DNA of 64,000 nucleotides from Calditrichales bacterium (GCA_965267575.1 OZ254086.1:3616001-3680000); one strand, 5' to 3'. Counted from the stretch's first letter, positions 30,293-40,744 are shown. The notes: generated by a model from the sequence alone, not told the origin. Made by a program: numbers and translations.

Positions 30293-32611
30293 GTGTTTGA
30301 TGATGACAAGGAAATTCTCGTTGATTTTGTAACCGAGAGTAATGAAGCAATAGAAAAGACTGAGCTTGTTTTACTCAATCTAGAAGAATCTCTCGCTGGT
30401 GGATCTGAAATTGACAGCGGGCAGATCAATACTATTTTCCGCACCTTTCACTCCATCAAAGGCAGTGCCGGTTTTATAGGCCTTAAAGCGACAAACGCTA
30501 TTACCCACGAGGCCGAAACCCTGCTGGATCTGATCCGCAAAGACAAGGTAAATATCAAAAAAAAGCATATCGATGTTTTTCTGGAAGTGTGCGACTTTTT
30601 GCAAACAATGATGGAGCACCTGCAGGACAATTTTACGGAAGAAGGGTATGGCGGTGACACAGACGATCTTACCCGGCGCATCAACGCAATGATCTCTGAA
30701 TCCGAAAAACCTGAACAAGCGAAGAAAAAAGGCAAGAGCCAGGCCAAAGCCCCAAAAACCGAAGAAGCGACAACAACAACCGCAAGCGCGAATAACGAAA
30801 AATCTAAATCTGATCAGGACGTGCTTGACGCATTGATTACGCCTGAGATGAAAAAACAATTTGTGCTGGACTCAGGCGAACTCCTGGACAGCCTCGAACA
30901 AGATTTACTCTCACTGGAGAAAGAGCCGCAACAAACGGAACTGATTGAGAGCGCTTTTCGCTCTTTACACAGCCTTAAAGGAAATGCAGGCTTTTTTAAT
31001 TATAACGACATCAACCAAATCTGTCATAAAGCAGAGACTTTTCTTGACCTGGCAAGAAGCGGTAAAGTTACCGCAGACTCCAAACAAATTTCAATGATCC
31101 TCCAGGTGCTCGATTTTATCCGTATTGCCATAGATAATCTTTCCAACGGTGAAGAGCCGACTATCATGGGCAAAAACGGGTTGCTCGATTTGATGAATGA
31201 TGTCTTTGGTCTGGAATCGGTAGAAGAAGATCAATCTTATGACGCAGAAATGGCAAATATTCAGGAAGAAGAGCTTCAGGTTGAAGATACACCTGATAAT
31301 ATAGATGAGGAGCTGGAAAGTAATAACGGTTCGGAAGAGAAAGAAGAGTCCGTCCAGGAAAACGCCAAACCGGCTGTGAACGGCGGTGCCCGCAAAACAG
31401 AGGCCATGAAAACGGCTGTCAGCGAGGTTATCCGCGTGGATGTGAAAAAACTGAACCAGCTGATGGACCTGGTTGGGGAAATCGTTATCAGCGAATCCAT
31501 GGTTTCGCACAGCCCCGATTTAAAAGGGTTGCAACTGGAGATATTCGAAAAGTCAATTAACTACTTGCAAAAGAATATTCGCGAATTACAGGAACTGGCC
31601 ACGTCGATGCGAATGATACCGTTAAGCGGGTTGTTCGGAAAGATGAAGCGGTTGATTCGTGACCTTTCCGCGAAGAACAATAAGAAGATAGAGCTGGAAA
31701 TTGCCGGCGGGGAAACAGAAGTGGACCGTTCTGTTTTAGAGCATATCTCGGACCCGTTGGTGCATATGTTGCGAAATTCCGCTGACCATGGCATTGAAGC
31801 CGCAGAACAGCGCAGAAAGAGCGGCAAGAATACGGTAGGTCTGATAAAACTTGCGGCCCGGCAGGTCGGTGGCGAAATCTGGATAACCGTTGAAGATGAC
31901 GGTGCCGGACTGAACCGGGAAAAGATATTGTCCAAAGCGATTGAAAAGGGCATTGTAAATGAAAATGAAACAGATATCCCCGATGAAAAGGTCTGGCAGC
32001 TGATTTTCGCACCGGGCTTTTCCACGGCCGCGAAAGTATCGGATATTTCCGGTCGCGGCGTCGGTATGGATGTGGTTGTACGGAACGTGGAAAAGATCCG
32101 GGGCCGTGTTGAAGTTAGCAGTGAGCCGGGCAAGGGCACTACGGTTACCTTACGCATACCCTTAACAACCGCTATAGTAGATGGCATGCTGATGCGCGTT
32201 GAAAATTCACTATATGCCATTCCAACTCTCGACATCAAAGAATCTTTACAGGTAAACAGCAACCACGTTGTTGATCTTATAGATGGTCAGGAAGTTATCA
32301 GGGTAAGAGAAAGCCTGATCCCGGTATTACGTCTGCATGAGCTTCATAATCTCAGTTTTGAACCCAAACCGCTGTCGTCGGGCATTGTTGTTGTTACTGA
32401 AAAAGGCGGACAGAATATTGGTTTTCTTGTAGACGAGATACTTGGCCAGCAACAGCTTGTGATTAAAGCGCTGCCTTCCTATCTGAGCCAGATCCGCGGT
32501 GTTTCGGGTTGCGCGATTCTTGGAGACGGAGAGATATGCCTGATTCTGGATTTAGGCAATCTGGCAAAAATGGTTGAAGAAACAACAATGGAAAACAAAT
32601 TCAATTCTTAA
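30293..32611 (+). CDS. cheA: Chemotaxis histidine kinase with two Hpt domains
   Basis: FRTFHSIKG and FRSLHSLKG Hpt motifs; IRVDVKKLNQLMDLVGE; RNSADHGIE; SGRGVGMDVV; CheW domain. Confidence 0.96.
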   Translation: MFDDDKEILVDFVTESNEAIEKTELVLLNLEESLAGGSEIDSGQINTIFRTFHSIKGSAGFIGLKATNAITHEAETLLDLIRKDKVNIKKKHIDVFLEVCDFLQTMMEHLQDNFTEEGYGGDTDDLTRRINAMISESEKPEQAKKKGKSQAKAPKTEEATTTTASANNEKSKSDQDVLDALITPEMKKQFVLDSGELLDSLEQDLLSLEKEPQQTELIESAFRSLHSLKGNAGFFNYNDINQICHKAETFLDLARSGKVTADSKQISMILQVLDFIRIAIDNLSNGEEPTIMGKNGLLDLMNDVFGLESVEEDQSYDAEMANIQEEELQVEDTPDNIDEELESNNGSEEKEESVQENAKPAVNGGARKTEAMKTAVSEVIRVDVKKLNQLMDLVGEIVISESMVSHSPDLKGLQLEIFEKSINYLQKNIRELQELATSMRMIPLSGLFGKMKRLIRDLSAKNNKKIELEIAGGETEVDRSVLEHISDPLVHMLRNSADHGIEAAEQRRKSGKNTVGLIKLAARQVGGEIWITVEDDGAGLNREKILSKAIEKGIVNENETDIPDEKVWQLIFAPGFSTAAKVSDISGRGVGMDVVVRNVEKIRGRVEVSSEPGKGTTVTLRIPLTTAIVDGMLMRVENSLYAIPTLDIKESLQVNSNHVVDLIDGQEVIRVRESLIPVLRLHELHNLSFEPKPLSSGIVVVTEKGGQNIGFLVDEILGQQQLVIKALPSYLSQIRGVSGCAILGDGEICLILDLGNLAKMVEETTMENKFNS

Positions 32612-32626
32612 AAGAGGAAGTCTAAA

Positions 32627-33133
32627 ATGGAAAACTTGGTAGAAGAAAGCGTTGATACGCATGTTGAAGATTTCCAGGACGGTCAGTTTCTGACGTTTAC
32701 GTTGGGCAAACAAACCTACGGTATCGAAATCAGAAATGTCACTGAGATAATTGGTATACAGAAAATTACTGATCTTCCCGATCTTCCGGACTACGTAAAA
32801 GGCGTTATCAACCTCCGTGGCAAGGTAATACCCGTCCTGGATGTACGGCTACGTTTCGGTATGGAAGAAAGATCGTATGATGAGCGCACCTGTATCATCG
32901 TGATTAACATAAACGATTCATCTGTCGGTATGGTAGTAGACACGGTCTCGGAGGTTATAAACATCCCGGACGAAAACGTTGAACCGCCGCCCAAGGTTAA
33001 TAAAAAAACGAACGGGAACGTTTTTGTAAAAGGGTTGGGCAAGGTGGAGGAAGAAGTATACATATTGCTGGATACGCAGAAGTTGCTGTTTGAGGAAGAG
33101 CTGGAAGCACTTAAATGCAGCATTGAAGAATAA
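32627..33133 (+). CDS. cheW: Chemotaxis coupling protein
   Basis: FLTFTLG...VKGVINLRGKVIPV...GMVVDTVSEV. Confidence 0.96.
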   Translation: MENLVEESVDTHVEDFQDGQFLTFTLGKQTYGIEIRNVTEIIGIQKITDLPDLPDYVKGVINLRGKVIPVLDVRLRFGMEERSYDERTCIIVININDSSVGMVVDTVSEVINIPDENVEPPPKVNKKTNGNVFVKGLGKVEEEVYILLDTQKLLFEEELEALKCSIEE

Positions 33134-33250
33134 AACGGGCTGATATGTGTATAGAATGTTATCACCTCAGCCGTTCATTTTATTCAAAATTTAAAATGTC
33201 CGAAAAGGTGAATAGACAGCATTAAACGGAATTATTTCAAGGAGGAAGTT

Positions 33251-33787
33251 ATGAAAAACATAAGGCTAGTCGCAGCTGCAATTTTAGTTTTAATGGTCGG
33301 ATCGGCCCTGGCAGAAAATGCCACATCCGCCCAATACCTGTATATGGTAAACAAGGTTTTGCCGGAAGTTAAAAAAGCCGCTGTATTTATGCCGCCGGAA
33401 CTGGTAGAAGCGGAAAAAAGCAAACTTCAAAGAGCAGCCGCGGCGTTCCAAATCCAGGTTACCATTTACCCCATAGAAAGCAACCGGACAATCGGTGAAA
33501 ACCTTAAGAAGGTATCCGATGACGAGGTGCTGATCGTTTATGATTCTCCTGTTCTGATGGAAAAAAGCAGCCGTCTTTACATCCTTAAAAAGTGCAAAGA
33601 GCGCAATATCCCGGTAATTACATCCAACGAAGAGTATTCCAAAAGCGGTGCTTTTATCGGCATCATTGTGGATGGTGAATTCAAAATTTCGCAGCTATTG
33701 GTAAACCTGCAGCATTATGAACAATTCGCCTCCAAGTTTACGGAAGAGTTTTCTCTGGCGCTGGGTGTTACGCAAATCATTCGCTAA
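33251..33787 (+). CDS. Exported YfiR-like/substrate-binding-like protein
   Basis: Signal peptide (ALA-E); AQYLYMVNKV and IPVITSNEEYSKSGAFIGI...LLVNL resemble YfiR; directly upstream of the MCP. Confidence 0.55.
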   Translation: MKNIRLVAAAILVLMVGSALAENATSAQYLYMVNKVLPEVKKAAVFMPPELVEAEKSKLQRAAAAFQIQVTIYPIESNRTIGENLKKVSDDEVLIVYDSPVLMEKSSRLYILKKCKERNIPVITSNEEYSKSGAFIGIIVDGEFKISQLLVNLQHYEQFASKFTEEFSLALGVTQIIR

Positions 33788-33823
33788 AACAAACACCACA
33801 TAAAAAGCACATGCGAGGGTCAA

Positions 33824-36055
33824 ATGAACTACCGCGAGATGACCATTAAGAAAAAAATGTTGTTTACGTTAATACCGGTTTTACTGGTTATGATTTTTGC
33901 CGGTTTTTTAACGATAAACTACATCACCAAGCAGGCACTTACCAACAACCTTAGCCGCTCAACGGATATTATTAACAACATTGCCGTCCAGGCGGTTATC
34001 ACCGGTCTTGAGTTCTCGGATAAGGAGCTCGTGGCCGACGCTCTTAAAGCCTTTGAGAGCGATCCGCAGATTTCCATGTTATTGGTCCAGGACGTTAACG
34101 GCGAAAGCTTTTACAGCTATCGCAAGGAGGGCTACGAGCCTTTCCATCCTGCCGATATCGAGCAGTATGATGACTCCGACGAGGAAATCATCAGCATGAA
34201 ACCAGTGACATCCGGTGATGAAATTATCGGTAAGATTTATGTGGGCATTTCCCTTGAAGCGCGCAACGAGGCATTAAGTTTTGCACGTTCTGTGCTGATT
34301 GCTCTTATGGCTGTCGGAATTGCGGTTATCATAGCTTTGATTTTGTTGCTGGCATCGCGTTTTTCCAGTCCTGTACGGCAATTGGCGGAAGTAGCCGAGC
34401 GACTGAGCGAGGGTGACCTGCAACATGATATTACAATTGATTCGAAAGATGAGCTCGGTCAGCTTGCCGCAGCATTCAGAAGGATGGTAGACGCTCTGCG
34501 AGATAAGACCCGTGTTGCCAACGAAATTTCACGTGGAAATACAGATGTTGAGCTGACGGATGTTAATGATAAAGATGAGCTTGGCCAGGCTATGATTCGC
34601 ATGAAAAAAAGCATTCATGCCATGGTTAAGGATGTGCAGGGTCTTGTGGAAGCCGCCCTGGACGGTAACCTGAAAAAACGCGCTGATGAAGATGCCCACG
34701 CCGGCGAATTTAAGTCGATTATTAGCGGTGTTAACCAGACATTGGACGCGGTTGTAGAGCCTTTGAATACCGCCTCATCTTATTTGCAGCAAATGGCAAA
34801 TGGTGAAATCCCCGATATGATTCGCGAAGAATTTAAAGGTGATTTCCAGATCATAAAAGACAACCTTACACGCAGTATTAACGCTGTTCGCAGATTGGTG
34901 GACGACTCCAAGCATCTGGCAGAGGCGGCCGTAAGCGGCAACCTTAAAAAACGTGCTGATGAATCCGCACACACCGGCGACTACCGCAAAATAGTTGAAG
35001 GTATGAACCATACCCTTAATGCGGTGATAGATCCGATCAATGAGGCAAAAGGTGTATTGGATGAAATGGCCAACGGCAATCTTACCAGAACAGTTTCCGG
35101 TGATTACTCCGGCGATTACTCAAAAATCAAAGATGCGCTTAACCACAGTGTCAGGTCAATAAATTCCATTCTCAACCAGGTTTCCGATTCGGTCGAAAAG
35201 GTGGCCAACGGATCACAGCAGGTGTCGCAAACGAGTCACTCCGTCTCAGAAGGCGCTTCGGATCAGGCCAGTTCACTGGAAGAAATAGGCGCCTCGATGG
35301 TTGAGATAAGCCAGCAAGCGCGTCAAAACGCGGACAATGCCGATCACGCCAACAATATTTCAAATGAGTCACTTAAGGCAGCGGAAGACGGCAACACTCA
35401 AATGAATGACATGCTGAAAGCCATGTCGGAAATTAACGAGTCTTCAGACGAAATTTCGAAAATCATTAAAGCCATTGATGAAATTGCCTTTCAAACAAAT
35501 CTGCTGGCGCTAAACGCGGCGGTTGAAGCGGCGCGGGCCGGTGTTCACGGCAAGGGCTTCGCTGTTGTGGCGGAAGAGGTGCGCAATCTTGCACAGCGCA
35601 GCGCGAAAGCTGCAAGGGAAACCACCGAGTTGATCGAGGCTTCCGGCAGACGCGTGGAGAACGGAACCAAAATAGCCGCACGCACCGCCGAATCGATCAA
35701 TAAGATTATCGAAAATATTACAAAAACGACAGATCTCATTTCTGAGATTACAGCGTCTTCAAAAGAGCAGGTATCGGGGATTGACCAGGTCAATAATGCG
35801 CTGCAGCAGATTGACCGTGTCACCCAATCCAACACGGCGTATGCCGAACAAAGCGCGGCGGCCGCAGCTGACCTTTCCATAGAAGCGGAACAGCTGAGAA
35901 GCATGTTGAGCCGTTTCAGTTTGTCCGCGGCGGGCAGCAAGGATAATTATTACGAAACTGACGAGGAATATGGCGAAAACAATGCTGTCCCGGAAGAAGC
36001 CTCTGAAGATGATGATGAAGTATTTCATACGACCACAAACGGAAACGGGAAATAA
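33824..36055 (+). CDS. Methyl-accepting chemotaxis protein with CHASE8-like periplasmic domain and poly-HAMP
   Basis: Two TM segments, several HAMP units, and [23 protein letters not shown]...[13 protein letters not shown] signalling hairpin. Confidence 0.95.
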   Translation: MNYREMTIKKKMLFTLIPVLLVMIFAGFLTINYITKQALTNNLSRSTDIINNIAVQAVITGLEFSDKELVADALKAFESDPQISMLLVQDVNGESFYSYRKEGYEPFHPADIEQYDDSDEEIISMKPVTSGDEIIGKIYVGISLEARNEALSFARSVLIALMAVGIAVIIALILLLASRFSSPVRQLAEVAERLSEGDLQHDITIDSKDELGQLAAAFRRMVDALRDKTRVANEISRGNTDVELTDVNDKDELGQAMIRMKKSIHAMVKDVQGLVEAALDGNLKKRADEDAHAGEFKSIISGVNQTLDAVVEPLNTASSYLQQMANGEIPDMIREEFKGDFQIIKDNLTRSINAVRRLVDDSKHLAEAAVSGNLKKRADESAHTGDYRKIVEGMNHTLNAVIDPINEAKGVLDEMANGNLTRTVSGDYSGDYSKIKDALNHSVRSINSILNQVSDSVEKVANGSQQVSQTSHSVSEGASDQASSLEEIGASMVEISQQARQNADNADHANNISNESLKAAEDGNTQMNDMLKAMSEINESSDEISKIIKAIDEIAFQTNLLALNAAVEAARAGVHGKGFAVVAEEVRNLAQRSAKAARETTELIEASGRRVENGTKIAARTAESINKIIENITKTTDLISEITASSKEQVSGIDQVNNALQQIDRVTQSNTAYAEQSAAAAADLSIEAEQLRSMLSRFSLSAAGSKDNYYETDEEYGENNAVPEEASEDDDEVFHTTTNGNGK
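34664..34982 (+). repeat. Internal tandem duplication in the MCP HAMP array (273-bp period)
   Basis: [16 protein letters not shown] (34664) and [16 protein letters not shown] (34937); similarity is also visible in the DNA. Confidence 0.8.
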
Positions 36056-36063
36056 GAAAACCG

Positions 36064-36906
36064 ATGTACACGGCAGAGTTTGAAATAAGCAGCGAAGAGT
36101 ATCAGCAGATTGCCAGGCTGGTTTACGACCGCTTTGGCATAAATCTTGGCGATAAAAAGCAATCTCTGGTTTCCAACCGTTTGCGAAAAGAACTGTCTGA
36201 CCGTGGTTTTAGCTCATTCAAGGACTTCTATCAATATTGTATTGACGATAAAAGCGGTACCGGCCTTAATACACTGATAAACCGGATATCTACAAATCTT
36301 ACCTACTTCGCCCGCGAACGGGAGCATTTTGATTTTTTGCGTGACTATGCTGTCCCCGACTGGTTGGGTACAGCTTCGGTGCAACAGCAAAAAAGTATAA
36401 GGGTTTGGTGTGCGGGGTGTTCAACCGGCGAAGAAGCCTATACCATAGCGATGATGCTTCAGAGCGGGCTGGGTATGAGAAGCGGCAGCATAAAGCCTGC
36501 TGTTCTGGCAACGGATATTTCCGAGCGCGCTCTGGCCGTTGCCGAAAAAGGCATTTATCTCAAAGATAATGTGGCAAAGCTTGACCCGGACTGGGTAAGC
36601 AGTTTTTTTAAAAAACAGTCTGACGGGTCATTCCGCATCTCGGAACGGATAAGGCAGATCGTATTATACAGACGGCTCAATCTTATGCGGCCGCATTTCC
36701 CTTTTAAGAAACGGTTTCACGCCATTTTCTGCCGCAACGTTATGATCTACTTTGACGGTGAAACGCGCAGTAAACTTATATCCAAGTTCAGTGAAAATTT
36801 GGAAGAAGGCGGCTATCTCTTTATAGGTCATTCCGAAAGCCTTGGCCGATCTAATCAATACTTTAAATATATACGCCCGGCCGTTTACCAAAAGGTTGGT
36901 GTATAA
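36064..36906 (+). CDS. cheR: Chemotaxis methyltransferase
   Basis: TNLTYFARE, WCAGCSTGEEAY, ATDIS, IFCRNVMIYF and GHSES. Confidence 0.96.
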   Translation: MYTAEFEISSEEYQQIARLVYDRFGINLGDKKQSLVSNRLRKELSDRGFSSFKDFYQYCIDDKSGTGLNTLINRISTNLTYFAREREHFDFLRDYAVPDWLGTASVQQQKSIRVWCAGCSTGEEAYTIAMMLQSGLGMRSGSIKPAVLATDISERALAVAEKGIYLKDNVAKLDPDWVSSFFKKQSDGSFRISERIRQIVLYRRLNLMRPHFPFKKRFHAIFCRNVMIYFDGETRSKLISKFSENLEEGGYLFIGHSESLGRSNQYFKYIRPAVYQKVGV

Positions 36907-37970
36907 TGTCAAAAGCAATAAGAGTGCTGGTCGTGGATGATTCGGCCCTTGTACGTGATATTCTTAGCCGCGGTTTAAATATGGCGAAGGGTATTGAAGT
37001 GGTCGGCGCCGCGGCAGATCCCTATAAAGCCCGCGACATGATCATCCGGGAAAGGCCGGATGTGATAACGCTTGACGTGGAAATGCCACGAATGGACGGT
37101 TTGGAGTTTTTGCGTAAGCTTATGCCTCAATACCCGTTGCCCGTCGTAATGGTAAGTTCCCTTACGGAGTCGGGATCGTGCATAACCCTGGATGCCCTTG
37201 ATGCCGGTGCCGTTGATTTTGTGTGTAAACCTGCTTCTGACATAAAACGCGGTTTGGTGAGCATGATGGAAGAGCTGCAGGAAAAGGTCCGCGTCGCTTC
37301 CTCGGTGGATGTGTCGCGCTACAAAAAGAACGGTTATCATGCCGGTAATGGCGTGGCCAGGGTCGAGTCTCTTGTAAAGACAACCGATAAGATTATCGCC
37401 ATCGGTGCGTCAACCGGCGGCACGGAAGCTTTGCGCAAGATCATTTCCGCGTTGCCTGCCACTTCGCCAGGGATTGTCGTTGTACAGCATATGCCGGAGC
37501 GCTTTACCAAAATGTTCGCCGAGCGGCTTAATGAGATTGCGGCCATGGAGGTGAAGGAAGCCGAATCAGGCGACCGGATTCAAAACGGAAAAGTTCTGAT
37601 CGCCCCCGGCAATAAACATTTGCAGGTTATCCGTTCCGGCGGTGAATACAAAGTTGTATGCCGTGATGGCGCCAAAGTGTGCGGCCACCGCCCCAGTGTG
37701 GATGTTTTATTCAGGTCCGTGGCCCGCTATGCTGCCGGCAACGCTTTGGGCATCATTCTCACGGGCATGGGGAGCGACGGAGCAGACGCTATGGTGAAAA
37801 TGCGTGAAGCCGGAGCGAGAACAATCGCCCAGGATGAAAAAAGTTGCGTGGTTTTTGGAATGCCCAAGGAAGCCTGGTTACGTGGTGGGGCGGAAAAACT
37901 GGTAAGTCTGGATGAAATCCCGGTAAGGATTAAGAGGATACTAGAGGAAATGCAGGATGAACGTAATTAA
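36906..37970 (+). CDS. cheB: Chemotaxis methylesterase (REC + CheB)
   Basis: LDVEMP, GASTGG, QHMP, RPSVDVLF and LTGMGSDG. Confidence 0.97.
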   Translation: MSKAIRVLVVDDSALVRDILSRGLNMAKGIEVVGAAADPYKARDMIIRERPDVITLDVEMPRMDGLEFLRKLMPQYPLPVVMVSSLTESGSCITLDALDAGAVDFVCKPASDIKRGLVSMMEELQEKVRVASSVDVSRYKKNGYHAGNGVARVESLVKTTDKIIAIGASTGGTEALRKIISALPATSPGIVVVQHMPERFTKMFAERLNEIAAMEVKEAESGDRIQNGKVLIAPGNKHLQVIRSGGEYKVVCRDGAKVCGHRPSVDVLFRSVARYAAGNALGIILTGMGSDGADAMVKMREAGARTIAQDEKSCVVFGMPKEAWLRGGAEKLVSLDEIPVRIKRILEEMQDERN

Positions 37971-38445
37971 TGTCGGGGTAGGTGAAATCGGAGTTTCGGA
38001 CCGGCCACACGAGGTGGTCAAGACATACGCGCTTGGTTCCTGTGTGGCCCTCGTTTTTGTAGCACCAAAGATAAGTGCCGTAGGCCTGGCCCACATTGCG
38101 TTACCGGATTCCGGTACTTCCGGGGAGAAAAGCAGAACATTACCGGAGGGCTATTTTGCTGATCTGGCGATTCCCCGTCTGATAGAACAATTTAAAATTT
38201 TTGGGGTCCGCAAAAATTCCGAAGTGGTTGTTAAGATGGCCGGAGGAGCTAAAATAATGGATCCCAACGGCAGATTTAACATCGGCAAGCGTAATGTACT
38301 GGCCGTAAAAAAAATCCTCTGGAAATACAAACTGGGAGCAATCGCCGAAGACGTAGGGAAAAACTTTAGCAGGACGGTGGCCGTGTACACAGATTCAAGT
38401 CAAATCGTAATTTCATCGCCGGGACGCGGCGAGTGGCATCTTTAG
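37957..38445 (+). CDS. cheD: Chemoreceptor glutamine deamidase
   Basis: LGSCVAL, AHIALP, KMAGGA, IGKRN and EDVG. Confidence 0.93.
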   Translation: MNVINVGVGEIGVSDRPHEVVKTYALGSCVALVFVAPKISAVGLAHIALPDSGTSGEKSRTLPEGYFADLAIPRLIEQFKIFGVRKNSEVVVKMAGGAKIMDPNGRFNIGKRNVLAVKKILWKYKLGAIAEDVGKNFSRTVAVYTDSSQIVISSPGRGEWHL

Positions 38446-38458
38446 GGAGTTCACATAT

Positions 38459-38845
38459 ATGAATCATCAAGTTTTAGTCGTAGACGATTCCGCCATGGCG
38501 CGCACACTCATACGCAGGACGCTGGAAGTGTGTGGTTTTGAGAATTTACAGATAAGTGAAGCTGCAAACGGGTTAAAAGCGCTTGAACAGTTGAAGGCGA
38601 AATCATTTGATCTGGTTCTTACCGATCTAAATATGCCGGAGTGCGACGGTGAGCAGCTTCTAAAGAGGATCAAGGCTTCGCCGAGACTTAACCATATACC
38701 TGTGGTGGTCATTTCAAGCAAAACCAATTCCGCCACGCAGCATAAATTGATAAATGAATACGCGACCGCTGTTTTGTCCAAACCGATTTCGCTCCCGGAC
38801 TTAAACAGTGTTCTGGAAGAAAGCTTAAAACTGGAAAAAGAGTGA
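38459..38845 (+). CDS. CheY-like single-domain response regulator
   Basis: VDDS, TDLNMP, ISS and KP. Confidence 0.88.
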   Translation: MNHQVLVVDDSAMARTLIRRTLEVCGFENLQISEAANGLKALEQLKAKSFDLVLTDLNMPECDGEQLLKRIKASPRLNHIPVVVISSKTNSATQHKLINEYATAVLSKPISLPDLNSVLEESLKLEKE

Positions 38846-39327
38846 GGTTAGAAATGGAGTATGTTCAGGAGAACTTAACGGATCCTTTGACGGAAGCGAT
38901 ATCCGAGTCCTTTGAAAACCTCATTTTTACGGAAGTAGAGGAAGTTCAGGAACTGGAGCGATTGCCGGCCCTGCAAAATACAACCATGATATGCGTAGAC
39001 ACACTGGCGCCGTTCCGGAAGCGTATTGTTATGTTTATTGAAAATGATTTTGCCGAAGAGATATTCACCGAGATGCTGGGTGGCGATATGGAAACTACTA
39101 CCGATGAAATGATACGGGACGCTCTCGGGGAAATAGGCAACACGGTTGTTGGTAAGTTTTTGTCCAAAGCCGTTCCACAGGACCAGGAATTCAGCCTGGG
39201 TTTTCCGGAGTGCAGGCCTTATGACCCGTCCACCGATCTTTTCGCGGCAGGTATGGAGCAAAAAGTCCTTCAGCTCGACCTTGAAGGCAATATCATGTAC
39301 GTTGTACTAAAAGAGTGTGCAGATTAA
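38842..39327 (+). CDS. CheX/CheC-family phosphatase-like protein
   Basis: DALGEIGNTVVG (intact ExxN) and FSLGFP; follows a CheY-like gene. Confidence 0.75.
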   Translation: MRLEMEYVQENLTDPLTEAISESFENLIFTEVEEVQELERLPALQNTTMICVDTLAPFRKRIVMFIENDFAEEIFTEMLGGDMETTTDEMIRDALGEIGNTVVGKFLSKAVPQDQEFSLGFPECRPYDPSTDLFAAGMEQKVLQLDLEGNIMYVVLKECAD

Positions 39328-39423
39328 AAACAGGTCAATTTTCGCGGCATTTTACTGTTCTGTTAACAAAACGCCGGGATATTTCCGAAACTAATTAAAA
39401 AATTCAAACCGGGAGAAATTCCA

Positions 39424-39801
39424 ATGGAAAATAAGAAGGTGATTTTTGTTGAGGATTCCCCAACGATGCGCCGCATAATCGCCAATTCACTTAATAAGAT
39501 CGGCATAACCAGCATCACCGAGGCCGAGAACGGTGTGGATGCGCTGGACAAGATCGATGCCCAGGACTATGACATGATCATTACAGACTGGAACATGCCT
39601 GAAATGAACGGGGAGGAGCTTGTAAAAACCCTTAGGGAAAAAGACAAATTCAAAAAGACTCCCATACTTATGATAACCACCCGCGGTATGCAGGATGATG
39701 TTATGACCGCTATTAAAATTGGTGTTAACGGTTACATCGTAAAGCCCTTTACACCGGAAGTATTAAAAAAGAAGATTGCCGAGCTGTTCAGCGAATCTTA
39801 A
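39424..39801 (+). CDS. cheY: Chemotaxis response regulator
   Basis: EDSPTMRRII, TDWNMPEMNG, MITT and GVNGYIVKPFT: canonical CheY. Confidence 0.93.
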   Translation: MENKKVIFVEDSPTMRRIIANSLNKIGITSITEAENGVDALDKIDAQDYDMIITDWNMPEMNGEELVKTLREKDKFKKTPILMITTRGMQDDVMTAIKIGVNGYIVKPFTPEVLKKKIAELFSES

Positions 39802-39814
39802 TCAGGAGGGCGCA

Positions 39815-40456
39815 ATGAGCCGAATTAACTCAATTGACGACGTAATTGTGCACATCGAAGGTATTCACAAATCGATGCAGTTCAGCGGTGATCTTTTCCC
39901 CATTATCAGTGACCTTTTCCGGTTTATAAAGGATATGATTCCGCTGATGCTCGAGGCCAATTTGTCAATCAAGGAAACAACGAATCACCTTCCGACCGCC
40001 ACGGATAATATCACAAGCGTATCGAAGACGACGGAAAATGCCACACATCAGGTGCTGGACCAGCTTGAAAATATCTTTACAAAACTGGATTTGTTAAAGC
40101 AAAAGATCGATAGTGAAGACTCAAAAGAAGACAAGATTGCATTGCTGGATGAAATCAGCACCGAGGCAAATGAGATAATCTTTGCTTTTCAGTTCCAGGA
40201 CATCACGACACAGCAGTTGGAGCACACAAGCCGCATTCTCAAGGCGGTATATGAAAAATTCAGCCACCTGTTTGGCGCCTTTGAAAAGATGCGCAAAAAC
40301 AGTGATATAGGCCAGGAAGTCGTTCAAGCCATCGAGCGCGAATTTGATAAAGAAAAAGAGCGCCGGCACAAAGAGTTTTTTGATAATCACACGGCCGATA
40401 CGATGCATCACAGTGCCGAAATTACCCAGGAAGATATCGATAGCTTTTTTAAGTAA
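39815..40456 (+). CDS. cheZ: CheZ-like phosphatase
   Basis: TENATHQVLD, FQFQDITTQQL (DxxxQ) and C-terminal TQEDIDSFF CheY-binding peptide; AGGAGG RBS before ATG 39815. Confidence 0.8.
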   Translation: MSRINSIDDVIVHIEGIHKSMQFSGDLFPIISDLFRFIKDMIPLMLEANLSIKETTNHLPTATDNITSVSKTTENATHQVLDQLENIFTKLDLLKQKIDSEDSKEDKIALLDEISTEANEIIFAFQFQDITTQQLEHTSRILKAVYEKFSHLFGAFEKMRKNSDIGQEVVQAIEREFDKEKERRHKEFFDNHTADTMHHSAEITQEDIDSFFK

Positions 40457-40474
40457 ATCGCAACGGGAGATTAT

Positions 40475-40744
40475 ATGAGCGTATTTGATGAATTACGCAG
40501 CAATGATATCAAAAAGGTTTTTAAAAACGGGAAATCCGGCACCAAGGGCACGATCATAAAGGGCACTAACGTACGCTGTACGTCGTCAAAAACAATAAAC
40601 CCATATCAAACGTCCAGCCTGCCGCACGGCGAGGGCAGAATTACCCCTTTGCTTGATGGTGATAATGTGATAGGCATTATCTACGAATGCACATGTGGTG
40701 AACTGGCGAGGATATTATTCGACTTTGAAGAAGATGTTGGATGA
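40475..40744 (+). CDS. Small hypothetical protein with a CxCGE motif
   Basis: GGGAG RBS; 89 aa; IIYECTCGELARILFDF; in-operon spacing. Confidence 0.7.
   Translation: MSVFDELRSNDIKKVFKNGKSGTKGTIIKGTNVRCTSSKTINPYQTSSLPHGEGRITPLLDGDNVIGIIYECTCGELARILFDFEEDVG

Noticed and set aside
33180..33206. Sigma28 promoters before 33251 (TCCGAAAA) and before cheY (TCCGAAAC, 39384-39391)
   Set aside because: The -10 boxes are plausible, but the -35 boxes at correct spacing are poor.
35940..36055. CheR-tethering pentapeptide on the MCP
   Set aside because: The tail is acidic but ends TTTNGNGK, not an xWxxF/xFxxF motif.
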